A stretch of 35,865 nucleotides of DNA. Source: Blastocystis sp. subtype 4 (lineage: Eukaryota). Shown in pieces: positions 33,298 to 35,865 of this stretch. Under the pieces are notes generated by a model. The model did not search any database, was not told where the DNA came from, and saw nothing but the letters and a program-made list of their open reading frames with translations. A program made the translations under genes and the position numbers. The DNA lies in contig NW_014569464.1 of assembly GCF_000743755.1 (NCBI RefSeq), positions 1-35,865 of the forward strand, written 5' to 3'. Positions within the stretch are counted from its first letter, which is position 1. Every line of letters begins with the position of its first letter.

Positions 33298-35292
33298 CTA
33301 CTGCAATTGATAAGATACAGATCGCGCAATAGGTTGCGGAGTTACAAAACTTGGTACCTCTATGAGTTCAGGTTGTTGAACTTCCTCTTGTTCACTTTCA
33401 TTATCGCTCACAATGAGTTCCATTCCTTCTTCATCACTCTATTCATAATTCCTTCCTCTCACGCCCACAGAATTATCCTTTCTCGGTGTCAGCCAGTCAT
33501 CTCCTGCTATACATCATTCTCTCATTTATTCTCTACTGTACAGCTTGCTACCAGGTAAAGTAGAAGGTAAACTCATTTGAAGTGTCTGATTGGTCCGTGC
33601 TGATGTTGTATGATGCTACAATTAACAACCATCTTCAATCTCACATGTTGTGGAGGTTTCATCACCCAAGGACAGGATAACACTCCATCAAGAGAGATTC
33701 GTTTCTGAGGATCCTTTTCCAACATTGCAGATACAAGTGATCGAGCTTGAGAAGAGATTCCACTCCATTGATCTTCAGGATAAGCAATATCTCTCTTTCT
33801 TCACTTAAATCCATTCATTATTCTTACACTGTATTCATAAGAATCTCAGGAGTTGTTGAGCCATAATAAGGGGGTGCCCCAACTAATAGAATATACAGAA
33901 GAACTCCTAACGAATACACATCACACTTGGCACTGTAACAGCAATCCTAATCTTCATATCCTCATTTTAATCAAACGGTAATCACTTCAGGAGCAATATA
34001 TCCAGCAGTTCCGACAATTTCATTCGGTTTTTCGGTTGTCGCATCAACCACCAAACAACACCCAAAATCTGCCAATTTCATATCAGATGCAGGATCTTGT
34101 GAGACATAAATAACATTCTCTGGTTTAATATCCAGATGGAAGATATTCTGAACATGTAATGCTTTGACAGCTTCACCAATATGTCGGATCACACATGCTG
34201 ATTCCGGTTCAGTGAAGAATCCTCTTTTAGAAATGCGTTCATAAAGATCACCTCCACCAAGATATTCCATCACAATGTGAATGAGATAATCATCTTCGTA
34301 TATCTCATGAATTGTAACCAAATGTTCATTATATACACGAGACTAATGATAAGAAAATACATAGGAAAGCACTTTGATAGCCTTGAGAACGATTAACTCA
34401 TGCTTCAATATATCACGGTCAACTTTCTTCTTGTTGACAATTTTCACTGCATAATTCTTCATAGTTTCCTATTTATGAGAATTGTATCAAAAATGTACAT
34501 TGCATTCAGCTAATCGAACCACTCCATATCGACCTTTCCCAAGAACTTGGCCCAATGAGAAATGATCATAAATGTTCCCTTCTCCTCGCAGAGTTGGACG
34601 ACTATTAATGCGTTGTACCAAGAACTTGCAAACTTGAATACACTGAATCCACATATCCTAGAAATGAGGAATACAAGAGAGAATTACTCGATCCTGCTGT
34701 GTGACACCATCAAGAATATAGAGACGATCAGTTTTATTAGGAAGTACTGAAAAAGCGAATGGACGGTTTGGAAGATTCTCCAACGTTATTCTACAATCTA
34801 CTGAGATTTCAGCTTGATGACGCATCTTGTTGTGATTACTAACCTACGATAAAGATCACTCCGAGGTTATACTTCCCAATAAGATAGGATCTTTCCCGAA
34901 AGAATAAAGAATCGCATTTTCCACATACGCAAGCGTTTGAACCCCTTTTTCATCATGTTTCCTTCGACTCGAAGTTGAAAAAGAGTTTCATGAGCATCAC
35001 TAAGGGACATACTCATGATGTCTTCACGAGAGAGGGCAAGAATGTTATGTCCATTGCACATAATTGTTCTGTTCTGCTGCTGGATTCCAAGATGATCCTC
35101 AGAGCCTATATTTCTCCCCTCTCCAAAAATCCCCGCAAGCCCAGGTCTAGAATGCATATCTGTAATTGAAACAGTATTTGGTGTTCCTTGTGATCCCTTT
35201 ACCACTCTATTAAAAGCGGACAACCAAGACTCGCTTTGTTCCCGATTACTGTCCATCATGTTATCAAAATCCGGGCAGCTCCCTCTGTCCAT
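33298..35292 (-). CDS. CAMK-group Ser/Thr kinase with an N-terminal PH domain
   Basis: PH: EGNMMKKGFKRLRMWKMRFFILSGKILSYWE. Kinase: LGKGRYGVV, YAVK, IVMEYLGGGDLYERI, HLDIKPEN, ADFG and GTAGYIAPE. Acidic C-tail. Confidence 0.88.
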
Positions 35293-35865
35293 AGTGCAGA
35301 TAAATTGAACACAAATAAGCGTACACCCTATGAAATGATGACACTAATACAGTGTTTCCGCAACTAGTTTTCAATCTCCGTGATTCAAAGGATTTCACTT
35401 ATTCCTATGGTTCAATTCAGTTATCATATTTGAATTGTCGAAAGATCCTATATAACACCTTCTTTGGTATTCATTTCGATTTGGATAAATATAATGCTAG
35501 GTAATAAGAATGATGGGAGTGTTCGTAGAATAGTTTGATAAGTCGACAGAGTGCTATGAAAGAAATCGGAATAACAGATTGTTTAAGATCACCCGATTCT
35601 TCACAAAATGGTAAAGTGGATAGTACCAAATAATTCGTACATGGGTGAAAATGGAGCAAAGCTGAAGGAGTTGATTGTTGTACAGTGTCATTCATGATTT
35701 GAAGATAACCAAATAGTTCATTACATACCAAATTTATTATAAACAAAGTTTGAAATTAGTGAGAATGAATGAATGAAATAGAATAGAATAGATGAATAAA
35801 AAGAGAACAAAATGAGCAATTCCAGAACAAGATGGAATGGATTCGTTGTAATTGGAGTCGGTCTG

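Noticed and set aside
35330..35865. 91-aa minus-strand ORF (35471-35746) and a GAAT/AATAG-rich tract near 35760-35800
   Set aside because: I found no recognisable motif or consistent splice model. It may be an unrecognised gene or regulatory DNA at the window edge.
1..35865. Prokaryotic features (CRISPR, IS elements, operons), tRNA/rRNA genes, or pseudogenisation to explain the fragmented ORFs
   Set aside because: None seen. ORF fragmentation is explained by tiny spliceosomal introns under the standard genetic code.

Overview
Gene-dense, AT-rich eukaryotic nuclear DNA that is very likely Blastocystis (a stramenopile gut protist). Introns are mostly 28-33 nt GT-AG, intergenic spacers are often under 100 nt, and a TGTTTGTT-type element lies just behind most gene 3' ends. 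Manual splicing gives about 25 protein genes: RPL8 (partial), TAF9-like, a PHD-finger protein, an RNA exonuclease, RPL32, DDX24/Mak5, a Rad6-like E2, a TOM1-like multi-TM protein, a STE20/FRAY kinase, a small 2-TM protein, a VTC2/GDPGP1-family phosphorylase, NPL4-like, Pth, a hypothetical protein, CARNMT1, TAF11-like, a CTD small phosphatase, a UFD1-zf-AZUL protein, a fucosyltransferase-like protein, gankyrin, RPS12, an AZUL-GH85 ENGase fusion, a secreted hypothetical, WDR24 and a PH-CaMK-like kinase. The most notable observations are: (1) a continuous spliced frame joining an N-terminal AZUL zinc domain to a GH85 endo-beta-N-acetylglucosaminidase; (2) a 44-nt U12-type intron with AT-AT termini inside that gene; (3) a STE20 kinase with no in-frame ATG that can be joined to the upstream multi-TM gene through a second AT-AT-like intron; (4) at least seven genes whose stop codon is predicted to be completed by polyadenylation, with shared bidirectional 3' signals; (5) an NPL4 with five CHCC zinc knuckles and no N-terminal ubiquitin-like domain. 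All gene models were spliced by eye and family calls come from remembered motifs, so they need transcript and database confirmation.
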